In this document: positions 36,863 to 47,224 of the stretch, one piece after another
Position numbering within the stretch: position 1 is the stretch's first letter
Layout: each line of letters begins with the position of its first letter
Source of the DNA: Candidatus Methylomirabilota bacterium
GTDB taxonomy: Bacteria > Methylomirabilota > Methylomirabilia > Rokubacteriales > CSP1-6
DNA length: 64,000 nucleotides
Reading direction: 5' to 3'
Assembly: GCA_035311385.1 (NCBI GenBank)
Contig: DATGCY010000129.1
Location: 566 to 64,565 of the forward strand
Position numbers and translations under genes: made by a program
The notes under the pieces: generated by a model
Database searches by the model: none
Seen by the model: only the letters and a program-made list of their open reading frames with translations
What the model was told of the DNA's origin: nothing

Positions 36863-38272
36863 ATGAGAATGAATCGCGCTCCGGACAACAACGAGAAGAA
36901 GCAGCGGCCGATCCTCTTGGGCGTTCTGGTCGGGTCTTTCGTCGCCCTCGTCATCACGGGTTGGATGGTGCTCTCGCCCTCCGCCTTCCTCCACCGCCAG
37001 CTCGCAGCCGCATCTTCCTCGCCGGCCGCCCCCGCGGCTCCCCCCGTGGAGCGTCCCGTGCGCGGCCGCGTCCTCGCCGCAGACACGGGTGCGCCCCTGC
37101 GCGGGGCCTCGGTGTGGGCGGGCAAGGAAGAGCTCCGGACGGACGAGGAGGGCCGGTTCACCACGCCGCCCATCGGGCTGGGAGCCGCCTTCCTCGTCAA
37201 AAGCCCGGGCTACGAGCTTCGCCGGCTCGTCGCTGACAAGGACGAGATGACGATCAGCCTTCCCCCGCGCCCGGTGCGCGCCGCCTACCTGACGTATTTC
37301 GGCGTCGGCGACAAGACTATCCGCGAGCGGGTGCTCGACCTCGTCTCCAAGACCGAGCTCAACGCAGTGGTCATCGACGTGAAGGGTGATCGAGGCATGA
37401 TCCCCTATCGCACCCAGGTGCCGCTGGCCCTCGAGGTGGGGGCGCAGGGACCGGTGATCATCAAGGACTTCGAGGGCTTGCTCGCCGGGCTCAAGGCTCG
37501 CGGGATCTACACCATCGCTCGCATCGTGACCTTCAAGGACAATGTCCTGGCCCAGGCCAAGCCGGAGTGGGCCATCATCGACACGCGGACGGACAAGCCC
37601 TGGATCGACAACGAGAAGCTCGCTTGGGTCGATCCCTTCCGCGAGGAAGTCTGGAGCTACGACATCGCCATCGCCAAGGAGGCGGTGAGCAAGGGCTTCG
37701 ACGAGGTCCAGTTCGACTACGTCCGCTTCCCCACCGACGGCAAGCTCTCGGCGGCGCGGTACTCTCAGCCGAACAACTCGCAGACGCGCCTGCCCACCAT
37801 CGCGGCCTTCCTCGCCCAGGCCCGTCGCGAGCTCGCCCCCACCGGCGCCTTCGTGGGAGCGGACGTCTTCGGGTATACGGCGTTCAACGAAAATGACACG
37901 GACATCGGCCAGCGGGTCGAGGAGCTCTCCGCGCACCTCGACTACATCTGCCCCATGGTCTATCCTTCCGGCTATCACCGCGGGATCCCCGGCGTGCGCA
38001 ATCCCGTGGCTCAGCCCTACGAGATCGTGAAGGAGAGCGTGCGGCTCACCCGCAAGCGCTCCACGGGAACGGTGGTGGTACGACCCTGGCTCCAGGATTT
38101 CAAGGACTACGCCTTCGACAAGCGCATCTTCGGCGTGCCCGAGATCAAGGCGCAGCTTCGCGGCGCCAAGGACGGCGGCGCCATCGGCTACATGCTGTGG
38201 AACCCGAAGAACGACTACACGGGCGCGGCTCTGCCACCCAAGACCACGGCCACGGCAAAGGTCAGCCCCTAG
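36863..38272 (+). CDS. DUF4015-type putative glycoside-hydrolase-like (TIM-barrel, GHL) protein
   Basis: About 470 aa. N-terminal TM anchor. Conserved NAVVIDVKGDRG and FDEVQFDYVRFP blocks typical of the DUF4015/GHL family. Confidence 0.65.
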   Translation: MRMNRAPDNNEKKQRPILLGVLVGSFVALVITGWMVLSPSAFLHRQLAAASSSPAAPAAPPVERPVRGRVLAADTGAPLRGASVWAGKEELRTDEEGRFTTPPIGLGAAFLVKSPGYELRRLVADKDEMTISLPPRPVRAAYLTYFGVGDKTIRERVLDLVSKTELNAVVIDVKGDRGMIPYRTQVPLALEVGAQGPVIIKDFEGLLAGLKARGIYTIARIVTFKDNVLAQAKPEWAIIDTRTDKPWIDNEKLAWVDPFREEVWSYDIAIAKEAVSKGFDEVQFDYVRFPTDGKLSAARYSQPNNSQTRLPTIAAFLAQARRELAPTGAFVGADVFGYTAFNENDTDIGQRVEELSAHLDYICPMVYPSGYHRGIPGVRNPVAQPYEIVKESVRLTRKRSTGTVVVRPWLQDFKDYAFDKRIFGVPEIKAQLRGAKDGGAIGYMLWNPKNDYTGAALPPKTTATAKVSP

Positions 38273-38274
38273 GC

Positions 38275-39225
38275 GTGTACCGCTTCCTCCGTCTCATCCC
38301 GCTGCTGGCCGCGGCCCTTCTCCCCGTCGCGACCTCGGCGGGCGAGCTCCCGTCCAACGAGCTCGGGCGGATCATGATCCTCGAGTACCACAAGATCGAC
38401 GTGCCCGAGGAGCGTTGGACCCGCACCCCGGCCAACTTCCGGCGTGATCTGGAGCGACTGTGGGAGCGCGGCTACCGCCTGGTCGCTCTCAACGACGTCC
38501 TTGACGGAAGGATCGGCATTCCCCGAGGGACGACACCGGTCGTCCTCACCTTCGATGACTCCTCGCCCGGGCAATTCAAGCTGATCGAGAAGAACGGCGA
38601 GTGGGTGACCGATCCCGACTGCGCGGTGGGCATTCTGGAGGCCTTCGAGCGCCAGCATCCGGAGTTCGGGCATGCCGCCACCTTCTACGTGCTGCCCGGA
38701 GCGGATCCGCCCAATCGTCTCTTCAATCAGAAGGAACTCGCGGCCCGCAAGCTCCAATATCTGGCGAGCCGCTACGAGATCGGCAGCCACACCCTCTGGC
38801 ATGCGAATCTCTCCAAATATCCCGAGCGCGTGGTGCGCCAGCAGATCGCCACCGCCCAGGAGTGGATCCAGAAGGACGTGCCCGGCTACCGCATTCGGAC
38901 CCTCGCCCTCCCCATGGGCGCCTTCCCCAAGGACCTACGCTGGGCCATCGAGGGGGTGGAGGGCAAGACCACCTATCGCCACGACGGCATCCTGATGGTG
39001 GCGGGAGGCGCCGCATTGTCGCCCTTCGCGCGCTCCTTCGACCCGTATCGGCTGCCTCGCATCCAGGCGGTGGAAGCCGAGCTCGGACACTGGCTGAGTT
39101 ACTTCGAGCGCAATCCCCAGGAGCGCTACGTGAGCGACGGCGACGCCGCAGTGATCACGGTCCCCACGGGCGCTCTCGACAAGGTCCGGCGCTCCCCGGG
39201 CGCGAAAGTAGTGGAGCGGCCCTAG
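38275..39225 (+). CDS. polysaccharide deacetylase (NodB-homology domain), secreted
   Basis: GTG 38275 lies 2 nt after the upstream stop. Signal peptide. TFDD (Asp-Asp motif), His residues for metal binding (HTLWH). Confidence 0.75.
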   Translation: MYRFLRLIPLLAAALLPVATSAGELPSNELGRIMILEYHKIDVPEERWTRTPANFRRDLERLWERGYRLVALNDVLDGRIGIPRGTTPVVLTFDDSSPGQFKLIEKNGEWVTDPDCAVGILEAFERQHPEFGHAATFYVLPGADPPNRLFNQKELAARKLQYLASRYEIGSHTLWHANLSKYPERVVRQQIATAQEWIQKDVPGYRIRTLALPMGAFPKDLRWAIEGVEGKTTYRHDGILMVAGGAALSPFARSFDPYRLPRIQAVEAELGHWLSYFERNPQERYVSDGDAAVITVPTGALDKVRRSPGAKVVERP

Positions 39226-39232
39226 CAGGAGA

Positions 39233-41571
39233 CTACTTGTAGATGAGGTACGACGCGCGCCGCTGGAGGAAGCTGGCCAGATCCGCTTCCGCCCACTGCC
39301 TCAAGCGCGCGAGAGAGTCCCCCCGCAGGAGAGCCCATATCGTCGAGCGGTTCACCAGGAGATTCTGGATGGCCGCCGCGCGGAACTGCAGCGGGTAACG
39401 CTCGATCAAAGTCCGGCCGAGTGTGAGCCCCACCGTCACCGGGCGCAGGGCATCGCGATCGCTGACGACCAGCCGCACCCCACCCACCATCTGTCCGGCA
39501 TAGACGCTCGAGGTGGGCTGGAAGTTGACCGGCTGGAAGAGCACGCCCGGCAGGTCGAGGGCGTTCATGGCATCCGCGAGCGCCTTTGGATCGGTAATCC
39601 ACGGCGCCCCGACCACCTCGAAAGGGGTCTCCGTGCCCCGTCCCACGGAGAGATTGGTCGCCTCGAGGAGCCCGACGCCGGCGTAGAGGAGAGCCTGGTT
39701 CAGCGAGCGAATGTTCGGCGACGGATTGACCCAAGGTAGCCCCGTCTCGTCGAACCACATGCGTCGCTCCCAGCTCTCCATGGAAATGACCGTTAGCTTC
39801 ACGGGGATTTTCCGCTCCGCGGCCACCATCCTGGCGAACTCGCCCATGGTCATGCCGGTCCGTACGGGTATGGGATGAGGAGCGGTGAAGGAGCGGAGAT
39901 CCGTGTCCATCACCGGGCCTTCCACGATCGTCCCCGTGAGCGGATCCGGCCGATCGAGGACGATCACGTTGATGCGATGGCGGGCGGCTTCCTCGAGAAC
40001 GTACACGAGCGTCGTGAGGTAGGTGTAAAAGCGCACGCCGACGTCCTGGATGTCGAAGACGAGGGTGTCGAGGCCCTGCATCATGGCGGCGGTGGGCCGG
40101 CGGTCGCTGCCGTAGAGACTCCACACCGTGATGGGCGGGCTCTGGTTCCCGCTCGCGTACGTGCCGTTCGGCACTTTCTCGTCAAGGGTGCCGTCGAGGC
40201 CATGCTCCGGCGAGAAGATCGCCTGGAGACGCACTCCGGGCGCCTGGGCGAGGAGGCTGACGCCGCGGCGGCCCTCGCCGTCCACACCCGTTTGATTCGT
40301 AACGAGCCCGATCACTTTTCCCTTGAGCGGCGCCCACCCCTGCCGCTCGAGCACGTCCAGTCCGGTGCTCACGCGAATGCGCGCGGCGCTCTGAGGCCGG
40401 GCCGTCTCGGCGGTGGTGACCTCGCCCGGTCCGCTTTCCGGCGTGGCATTGGGAGAGAAGAGCTTGGCACCCACCGCTGCGCTGACCCGACGGCGCAGCT
40501 CCACCACGGAGCCCTTGCCCGCGGGGTGGACGCGGTTGGTCAGGACGATGGCGTAGGTCCGCGTCGGCGGATCCATCCAGATCGAGGTGCCGGTGAAGCC
40601 GGTGTGCCCGACTGAGCCCAGGGGGAAGAAGGAGCCAAGGGTGCGCGAATAACCGGAGGAGATATCCCAGCCGAGGCCGCGCGTGGCTTCGCCCGCCTCG
40701 TTGGGGGCGAACATGGCGGCCACGGACGCGGCGGACAGATAGCGGCGTCCGTTGAAGATGCCGCGGTCGAGGAGCATGCGGCAGAAGCGGCTGAGATCGT
40801 CGGCGGTGGAGAAGAGCCCCGCGTGCCCGGCCACGCCGTGCAGCTCACGGGCCCGAGGATCGTGGACGACTCCGCGCAGCATCACGCCCTGCACGAACTC
40901 CGTGGGAGCGATGCGAGCCCGCCAGGACTTGGGCGGGTTGAACGTGGTGTCCCGCATGCCCATGGGCTGATAGAAGCGCTTCTGAGTGAAGCGGTCGAGC
41001 GGCTGGCCGCTTACCCGGTGGACGAGCTCGGCGAGCACGATGAAGCCCGTGTCACTGTAGTGGAAGGGCGCGGTCGCGGATGGCTCGCCCACGCTCGCCG
41101 CGAGATAGCGCATGGCCTCGGGGAAGCCCTTGGCCATGGCCTCCTTCGGGGGAATGTCGGCGAAGCCGGCGGTGTGCGTGAGCACGCGACGGAGGGTGAG
41201 CCAGGTCAGGCGTGGTGATTGGAATTCTTTCAGGTAGCGCCCGAGCGGCGCATCGAGATCGAGCTTGCCGTCGTCGACGAGGGCGAGGACGGCTGGCGTC
41301 GTCGCTATCACCTTGGTGAGAGACGCGATGTCGAAGATGGTATCGGTCGTCATGGCCTCGTTGGCGGGCACCAGAGCGCGCGAGCCCACGGCCTTCCGAT
41401 AGAGCACGCGATCGCCCTGGCCGACCAGGATCACCTCGCCCGGCGTGTCGCCTGCCGCCACGGCGTCTCGCGCGGCCCGATCGAGATCGGACCAATCCAG
41501 ACTCTGGCCGGTGACGAGAGCGGGAAAAAGGAGGACGACGGCCAGGACGGCCGCGGAGCGCTTCAGCATGC
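39233..41571 (-). CDS. fusion of a class C beta-lactamase/transpeptidase-like serine hydrolase and a DUF1343 (NamZ-like exo-MurNAc-ase) domain
   Basis: Signal peptide MLKRSAAVLAVVLLFPALVTG. SxxK as ASLTK, YSD, HTG box in the N-terminal half. C-terminal about 400 aa match the DUF1343 pattern. Confidence 0.7.
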
Positions 41572-41643
41572 TCCCATGATAGCGAGGACGGCCCGCGGGG
41601 CCCTCGGGAAAATGACTTGCCTGCATGCTACGATTCGAGTGTC

Positions 41644-42546
41644 ATGCAGCGCATTTTCGTGACAGGAGCCACGGGCTTCGTGGGCCATGCTGTGGTGCGT
41701 GCGCTCCTCGCGCACGGCTTCCTCGTGCGTTGCCTCGTGCGGCCGGGCTCCGAGGCGCTGCTTCGCGGCTTCGAATCCATCGATCGCGTCCCGGGTGACG
41801 TGCTCGAGCCCGATGCCCTGCCCGCAGCCGTCGAGGGCTGCGCGGGCATGATCCATCTCGTGGGAATCATCCGCGAGCACCTCGCCACCCGGGTGAGCTT
41901 CGATCGCCTCCACACGCAAGCCACCGCCAACATGCTGGGCGTAGCGCGCGAGGTCGGTGTCAAGCGCTACATTCAGATGAGCGCGGTGGGCACGCGACCC
42001 GGCGCGGTTTCCCGCTACCACCGGACGAAGTGGCAGGCCGAGGAGGTGGTGCGCGCGAGCGCGCTCGACTGGACCATCATCCGCCCCTCGCTCATCTTTG
42101 GTCCCGAGGACGAGTTCATCACGGTGCTCGCCCGTCTCATTCGCCGCTCGCCCGCCGTCCCTGTACTGGGCGACGGGCAATACCAACTCCAGCCCGTTCC
42201 CGTGGAGCAGGTCGCGGAAGGCTTCGCGCGCGCGCTCCGTCTTCCCGTCACCGTGGGACAAACCTACGAAGTGGGCGGACCCGAGCCGTATCGCTTCGAC
42301 GAGCTTCTCGACCTTATCGGCCATGCCCTCGGCGTGGCGCGCGTGCGGAAGCTCCACATGCCCCTCGGACTCGTCAAAGCGGTGACGCGGGCCTTCGGGT
42401 GGCTGCCCTTCTTCCCCGTGACCATGGATCAGATCACCATGCTGGAAGAGGGCAACGTGACGGATCCCTCGCGCTTCTACGCCGACTTCAGCCTGAAACC
42501 CGAACCTCTCGCGGCCGGGCTCCGCCGCATGTTCCCGGCGCCGTGA
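41644..42546 (+). CDS. NAD(P)-dependent epimerase/dehydratase-family (NmrA / complex-I NDUFA9-like) protein
   Basis: MQRIFVTGATGFVGHAVVRALL Rossmann N-terminus. YxxxK-like RYHRTK. Confidence 0.8.
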   Translation: MQRIFVTGATGFVGHAVVRALLAHGFLVRCLVRPGSEALLRGFESIDRVPGDVLEPDALPAAVEGCAGMIHLVGIIREHLATRVSFDRLHTQATANMLGVAREVGVKRYIQMSAVGTRPGAVSRYHRTKWQAEEVVRASALDWTIIRPSLIFGPEDEFITVLARLIRRSPAVPVLGDGQYQLQPVPVEQVAEGFARALRLPVTVGQTYEVGGPEPYRFDELLDLIGHALGVARVRKLHMPLGLVKAVTRAFGWLPFFPVTMDQITMLEEGNVTDPSRFYADFSLKPEPLAAGLRRMFPAP

Positions 42547-43004
42547 ACGAGAATCCCTTCCGCACCACGGGCCTGCGTCACGGAAGGGACGACCCGCGCG
42601 GGCTCCGCGAGCGCATCGAGGCGCAGCTCATTGAGCGTATCGAGGAAGCCGTCGAGATGGCCGCCCTCCATCTGCTCGTGGAGCTGCGCAAGCGCCAGGG
42701 CCGTCCCGCTCCGGAGACGGACAGCCAAGCGGATCGCCGCGAGTTCGCCCTGCTCACCATGGATCTGCTCCGCTACCTGGGCGAGGCGTTCGAGCGCGAG
42801 CTCGGAGAGGGTCAGCGACGCGAGCTCGACGCGGCGCGGGAGGGCGCCGACGGCCGTGCCCGTGAGCTCCACGGGCAGGTCTGGCTCTCGCGACAGCTGC
42901 CGGACTACTGGCAGCGCTTCGAGGGCCATCGCGCCGCGCACGCCGAGGCACGGCTCGCCTCACCGCCCCAATCGGGCGGTTTGCTCAAGCGGCTCTTCGG
43001 GTAG
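42543..43004 (+). CDS. hypothetical helical protein, translationally coupled (GTGA overlap) to the epimerase gene
   Basis: 153 aa, charged alpha-helical composition, no recognisable motif. An equally long antisense ORF (42477..42941) exists; the plus one is preferred because of the GTGA coupling. Confidence 0.35.
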   Translation: MNENPFRTTGLRHGRDDPRGLRERIEAQLIERIEEAVEMAALHLLVELRKRQGRPAPETDSQADRREFALLTMDLLRYLGEAFERELGEGQRRELDAAREGADGRARELHGQVWLSRQLPDYWQRFEGHRAAHAEARLASPPQSGGLLKRLFG

Positions 43005-43008
43005 CGCT

Positions 43009-43290
43009 TCACGCCGCGCGACGGGTGCCCCCTGCCGCCGTCTGCTCCAACTCGAGTTGGGCCACCGCCCAGAGATCCTCACAGGCTGCGAGGGCATCCT
43101 GCCATTCGGCGTAGTGGTCGAGTAGCACTTGGCGCTTAGCAGAGAGCCGGGCCTCGGCCTCATCGAGGCGAGGACGCAGATCGGGGAGTTGCCGCTCGGA
43201 CGCCTTGGCCACGCCAGGCCGGGTGGACGCAGCGATCCGATCCAGCAAGTGGTGCAGCTCATCACGCAATAGACGATCCATCGGGTTCAT
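43009..43290 (-). CDS. hypothetical small protein (93 aa)
   Basis: Perfect AAGGAGG SD 6 nt before the ATG. Helical, Arg/Glu/Leu-rich. Confidence 0.5.
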   Translation of the reverse strand: MNPMDRLLRDELHHLLDRIAASTRPGVAKASERQLPDLRPRLDEAEARLSAKRQVLLDHYAEWQDALAACEDLWAVAQLELEQTAAGGTRRAA

Positions 43291-43514
43291 GACTGCCTCC
43301 TTCTCCCAGCATAACGATGGACTCCAATACTAAACATAAGATGAGTATGGTGTCAAGGGCCATCCATCGAGGGTGCTCCAGTCGTGACGGGCCGGTGGAT
43401 GCCCACCCTCGGTTCGAGGCGGACCATGAAGACCCGCATCTTCCTCTACTATCAGTTCTGAGCATGGCGGGAGACGACCGCGGAGCCGAGTGGGACAGCG
43501 CGTGAGGACCGTGC

Positions 43515-44666
43515 GTGGGACGTGACGCGCGTCTCGTCCTCCTCGCGAAGACCGCGCGCACGTTCTGCTATGGCTTTCTCGGGGTCCTGCTCCCCGTCTA
43601 TCTGACGGATCTAGGACTGGACGCCCGCGGTGTCGGTATGGCGGTGACCTTGACCCTTCTCGCCAGCACCGCCATGACCTTCGCCATTCGATGGCCCGCG
43701 GAGCGCTTTGGCCCGCGTCTCGCCCTCGTGGGGCAGTCCGCCCTGATCGTGGTGTCCGCCCTCCTCTTCCTCGCCACCCGCCAGCCGTGGCTCGTCGTGG
43801 TGGCGGCCATGATCGGCAATCTCGCCGTGAGCACGGGCGAGACCGGCCCCTTCCTCGCCCTCGAGCAGGTCATCGTGACGCGGGCCACCGGCCGTGCGCA
43901 CCTGACCATGGCTCTGGCTTTCTACAACCTCGCGGGCTACGCCGCGGCAGGGCTGGGCGCGGCGGCAGTGACTCGGGCGGGCGCCGCGCCCCGCTCGCTC
44001 TTCACGCTCTTCCTCGTGAGCGGGCTGGTGCAGATCGCCGCCTACTCGCTCCTCTCGTCAGAGCGGCCGCCGTCCATGGACGGGCGCTCGGCAGCGGGCA
44101 TGCCCTCCCGGCCCTTCGTGCGCCGCATCGCGGCCATCTTCGCCCTCGACTCCTTCGCGGGCGGCTTCGTCGTGCAGAGCCTCATCGCGTATTGGTTCCA
44201 CACGCGCTTCGATCTCGGGCTGGCCGAGCTCGGCTGGATCTTCTTCGGGGTGCAGATCCTCTCCGGCCTCTCTCTCATCCTGGCCGCCCGCCTAGCCCCG
44301 AGGCTCGGCCTGGTCAACACCATGATCTTCTCCCACCTGATCTCGAACCTGCTCCTCATCGGCGTCGCCCTCGCACCCCTGGCCTGGATGGCCGTGGCCG
44401 CTCTCCTCGCACGCCATCTCCTCTCGCAGATGGACGTGCCCACGCGCCAGACTTTCCTCATGCTCGCCGTGGCGGACCACGAGCGAGAGCACGCGGCGGC
44501 GGTGACCAACCTGAGCCGAACGCTCGCGCAGTCCGTCACTCCCGTGGCCACCGGTTGGATCATGCAGGGGCTTTCGCTCACCGCCCCCTTTTTCCTGGGC
44601 GGCGAGCTCAAGATCGTCTACGACGTGCTGCTCTACGCGGCGGTACGGAACGTGGAGACGAAGTAG
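43515..44666 (+). CDS. MFS transporter
   Basis: 383 aa, about 12 TM, MFS-type loop motifs. Confidence 0.8.
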   Translation: MGRDARLVLLAKTARTFCYGFLGVLLPVYLTDLGLDARGVGMAVTLTLLASTAMTFAIRWPAERFGPRLALVGQSALIVVSALLFLATRQPWLVVVAAMIGNLAVSTGETGPFLALEQVIVTRATGRAHLTMALAFYNLAGYAAAGLGAAAVTRAGAAPRSLFTLFLVSGLVQIAAYSLLSSERPPSMDGRSAAGMPSRPFVRRIAAIFALDSFAGGFVVQSLIAYWFHTRFDLGLAELGWIFFGVQILSGLSLILAARLAPRLGLVNTMIFSHLISNLLLIGVALAPLAWMAVAALLARHLLSQMDVPTRQTFLMLAVADHEREHAAAVTNLSRTLAQSVTPVATGWIMQGLSLTAPFFLGGELKIVYDVLLYAAVRNVETK

Positions 44667-44673
44667 GCGGAGC

Positions 44674-45453
44674 TCAGCGGAGCATCCGGCGCATCCCGAG
44701 GTCGACGAGACGGGGGGCGAGCACGCTGGCCACGGCGAAGAGCCACGAGGGCCGGAACGGATACACCTCGGGCCGAGGACGGCGGATGCAGCGCAAGATC
44801 GTCCGGGCCACGTGCTCGGATGACTGGATCGGGCCCTGGCGCCCGCGGCCGGCCCGCCGGCTCTCGACCTCATGGAATTCCGTGGCGGTGCCGATGGGAT
44901 AGACGAGGCTCACGTGGATCCCGCTTCCCATGAGCTCCACGCGCAAGGCCTCGCTGAGGCCGCCCAGGGCAAACTTGGTGGCGCTGTAGGCACCGCGAAA
45001 CGGCACTCCGCGGCGCCCCACGATCGACGACACGTTGATGATGTGGCCACGGCCGGCCCGCCGCATCCACGGGAGCACGGCCTGCGTCCCCGTGAAGACC
45101 GCCATCACGTTCAACTCGAGGAGCTCGCGGAACTCCTCGGGCTTGGTGTCTTCGACGGTGGTGGAGAGCCCGCGCCCCGCGTTGTTGACGAGGACGTCGA
45201 TGCCACCCCAACGGGCTCCGACGTCGTCGACCATGGCCCGCACGGCGGCGGCATCGGTCACGTCGAGACCGTACGCAAGCGCCTCGCCTTCTGCGGCGCG
45301 GAGGGTGGCGGCGAGGTGCTCCACGCGGTCGCGCCGCCTCGCGCAGATCGCCACCCGCATCCCGCTCACGGCGAGCTGACGGGCCGTCGCCTCGCCGATA
45401 CCGGCCGAGGCGCCCGTGACGATGGCAATTCGCCCGGCCAGGCTGCTGATCAC
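44674..45453 (-). CDS. SDR-family short-chain dehydrogenase/reductase
   Basis: TGASAGIG cofactor motif, NNAG, catalytic YSATK. Confidence 0.85.
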   Translation of the reverse strand: MISSLAGRIAIVTGASAGIGEATARQLAVSGMRVAICARRRDRVEHLAATLRAAEGEALAYGLDVTDAAAVRAMVDDVGARWGGIDVLVNNAGRGLSTTVEDTKPEEFRELLELNVMAVFTGTQAVLPWMRRAGRGHIINVSSIVGRRGVPFRGAYSATKFALGGLSEALRVELMGSGIHVSLVYPIGTATEFHEVESRRAGRGRQGPIQSSEHVARTILRCIRRPRPEVYPFRPSWLFAVASVLAPRLVDLGMRRMLR

Positions 45454-45463
45454 CCTGCCGGCG

Positions 45464-46819
45464 CTACTTGCCGGTGACGGCCTTGACGGCCTCCTGGGTG
45501 ACAGAGACCATCCGGTCGAGCTCGGCTTCGGTGATCACGAGAGGCGGCGAGAAGAAGAGGTGCTCCTGGCGCGCCCGCGTGATGACGCCGCGCTTGCTCA
45601 TCTCCTGCAGGATGCGCGCGCCGATCTTCTTGTCGGCGTCGAAGGGCTTCTTGGTCGCCTTGTCTTCCACGAACTCGACGGCGGCGAGGAGGCCCTTGCC
45701 GGAGCGGATGTCGCCCACGTTGGGATGGCTGTCGAAGGCCGAGTGCAGGGCCTTGTGGAGCCGCGTGCCGAGGGTGGCCGAGCGCTCGGCCAGCTTCTCC
45801 CGCTCCATGATCCCCACGTTCTTGAGGCCGACCGCGCAGCACGTGGGATGGCCGGAGTAGGTGTAGGCGTGCATCCACTTGTCCTCGGGCTTCACCGTGT
45901 CCATGGCCTCCTTCACCTCCTTGGAGACCATGATCCCGCCCAGAGGGAGATAGCCGGAGGACACGCCCTTGGCGAAGGACATGATGTCGGGCAGCACGTT
46001 CCAGTGCGTCATGGCGAACCAGTGGCCGGTGCGGCAGAAGCCGGTGATCACCTCGTCGGCGATGAACAGCACCTGGTGCTTGTCACACACCTTGCGCACG
46101 AGGGGGAAGTAGTCATCGGTGGGATAGAGCACACCACCGCCGCCATGAATGGGCTCGGCGATGAAGGCAGCCACCGTGTCGGGCCCTTCGCGGAGGATCG
46201 CCTCTTCGAGCAGGCGCGCTGCCGTCTGCCCCGCCGTCTCTCCGGGCTTGGCCCCTTCCTGCCGATAGGGATAGCAGGTGGGGATATGCACGAAGTTGGG
46301 CACACGCGGCTCGAACATCTTCCAGTACGGTGACATGCCGGTGGCGCTCATGGCCTGGAGCGTCACCCCGTGATAGGCGAGCGTGCGAGCGATGATCTTC
46401 ACCTTGTCGGGCTTGCCCTTGGCCTTCCAGTAGAAGCGCGCCGTCTTGAAGGCGGACTCGTTCGACTCGGCCCCGCCGCAGGTGAAGAAGACGCCCTGCA
46501 TGTTCTTGTAGGAGATGGAGATGAGCTTCTCGGCGAGCTCCACCGCGGGAATGTTGGACGAGCCGGCATAGGCAGAGAAGTAGGCGAGCTCGCCCATCTG
46601 CTCCGCGGCGGCCTTGGCGAGCTCTTCCCGCCCATGGCCCACGTTGGTGTTCCAGAGACCGGCGAGGCCATCGATGTACTCCCGCCCCTGGATGTCGGTG
46701 ATGGTGGCCCCGCGGCCCTTCACGTACACCATGGGCTCGAGGTGATCGCTCGGATGGTGCAGCGGATGGATCAGATGATCCTGGTCGGACTTGATCAGCT
46801 CTGCCGGCTGCACGGCCAT
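45464..46819 (-). CDS. class III (omega) aminotransferase, PLP-dependent
   Basis: 451 aa. Fold-type I class III hallmarks including DEVITGFCRTG and the PLP-Lys region SFAKGVSSG. Confidence 0.9.
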   Translation of the reverse strand: MAVQPAELIKSDQDHLIHPLHHPSDHLEPMVYVKGRGATITDIQGREYIDGLAGLWNTNVGHGREELAKAAAEQMGELAYFSAYAGSSNIPAVELAEKLISISYKNMQGVFFTCGGAESNESAFKTARFYWKAKGKPDKVKIIARTLAYHGVTLQAMSATGMSPYWKMFEPRVPNFVHIPTCYPYRQEGAKPGETAGQTAARLLEEAILREGPDTVAAFIAEPIHGGGGVLYPTDDYFPLVRKVCDKHQVLFIADEVITGFCRTGHWFAMTHWNVLPDIMSFAKGVSSGYLPLGGIMVSKEVKEAMDTVKPEDKWMHAYTYSGHPTCCAVGLKNVGIMEREKLAERSATLGTRLHKALHSAFDSHPNVGDIRSGKGLLAAVEFVEDKATKKPFDADKKIGARILQEMSKRGVITRARQEHLFFSPPLVITEAELDRMVSVTQEAVKAVTGK

Positions 46820-46837
46820 GGAAGCCTCCTCGAATGA

Positions 46838-47224
46838 TCAGCGATGATGAATGGACCTGGCGGGCGCGTGCGCCCGGTAGTCGCCGCCCCGGATAGGCAC
46901 CGCCCCGCCGAGCGGGGCGACGTACCAGTAGATGGCCGCCGTCACCTCTCCGCCGGACGCGAGCCTTACCCTCACCTCCCCGCGATGATACTGGCTGCCC
47001 TCCGCGGAGTCCAGAGCCTGCCACAGCTCGGGATGGGCCACGCGATAGACCTCGCCGCGGATGCGGCCGCCCTCGCCCGGCAGCGCGGCGGGGTAGGCGC
47101 CGAGGTCGAAGAGGAGGCCCGCGACCTCACTCTCGCCCTGATACTCGGCTCGGCCCGCGAGGAGGCGATGCAGACCGAAGCCGCGCATCAACGTGCCGTA
47201 GACGAAGAGAAACTCAGTCGCCAC
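46838..47224 (-). CDS. gamma-glutamyl cyclotransferase-like (AIG2/GGCT fold) protein
   Basis: 128 aa. N-terminal FVYGTLMRG and conserved Glu in EVYRV. Confidence 0.75.
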   Translation of the reverse strand: MATEFLFVYGTLMRGFGLHRLLAGRAEYQGESEVAGLLFDLGAYPAALPGEGGRIRGEVYRVAHPELWQALDSAEGSQYHRGEVRVRLASGGEVTAAIYWYVAPLGGAVPIRGGDYRAHAPARSIHHR

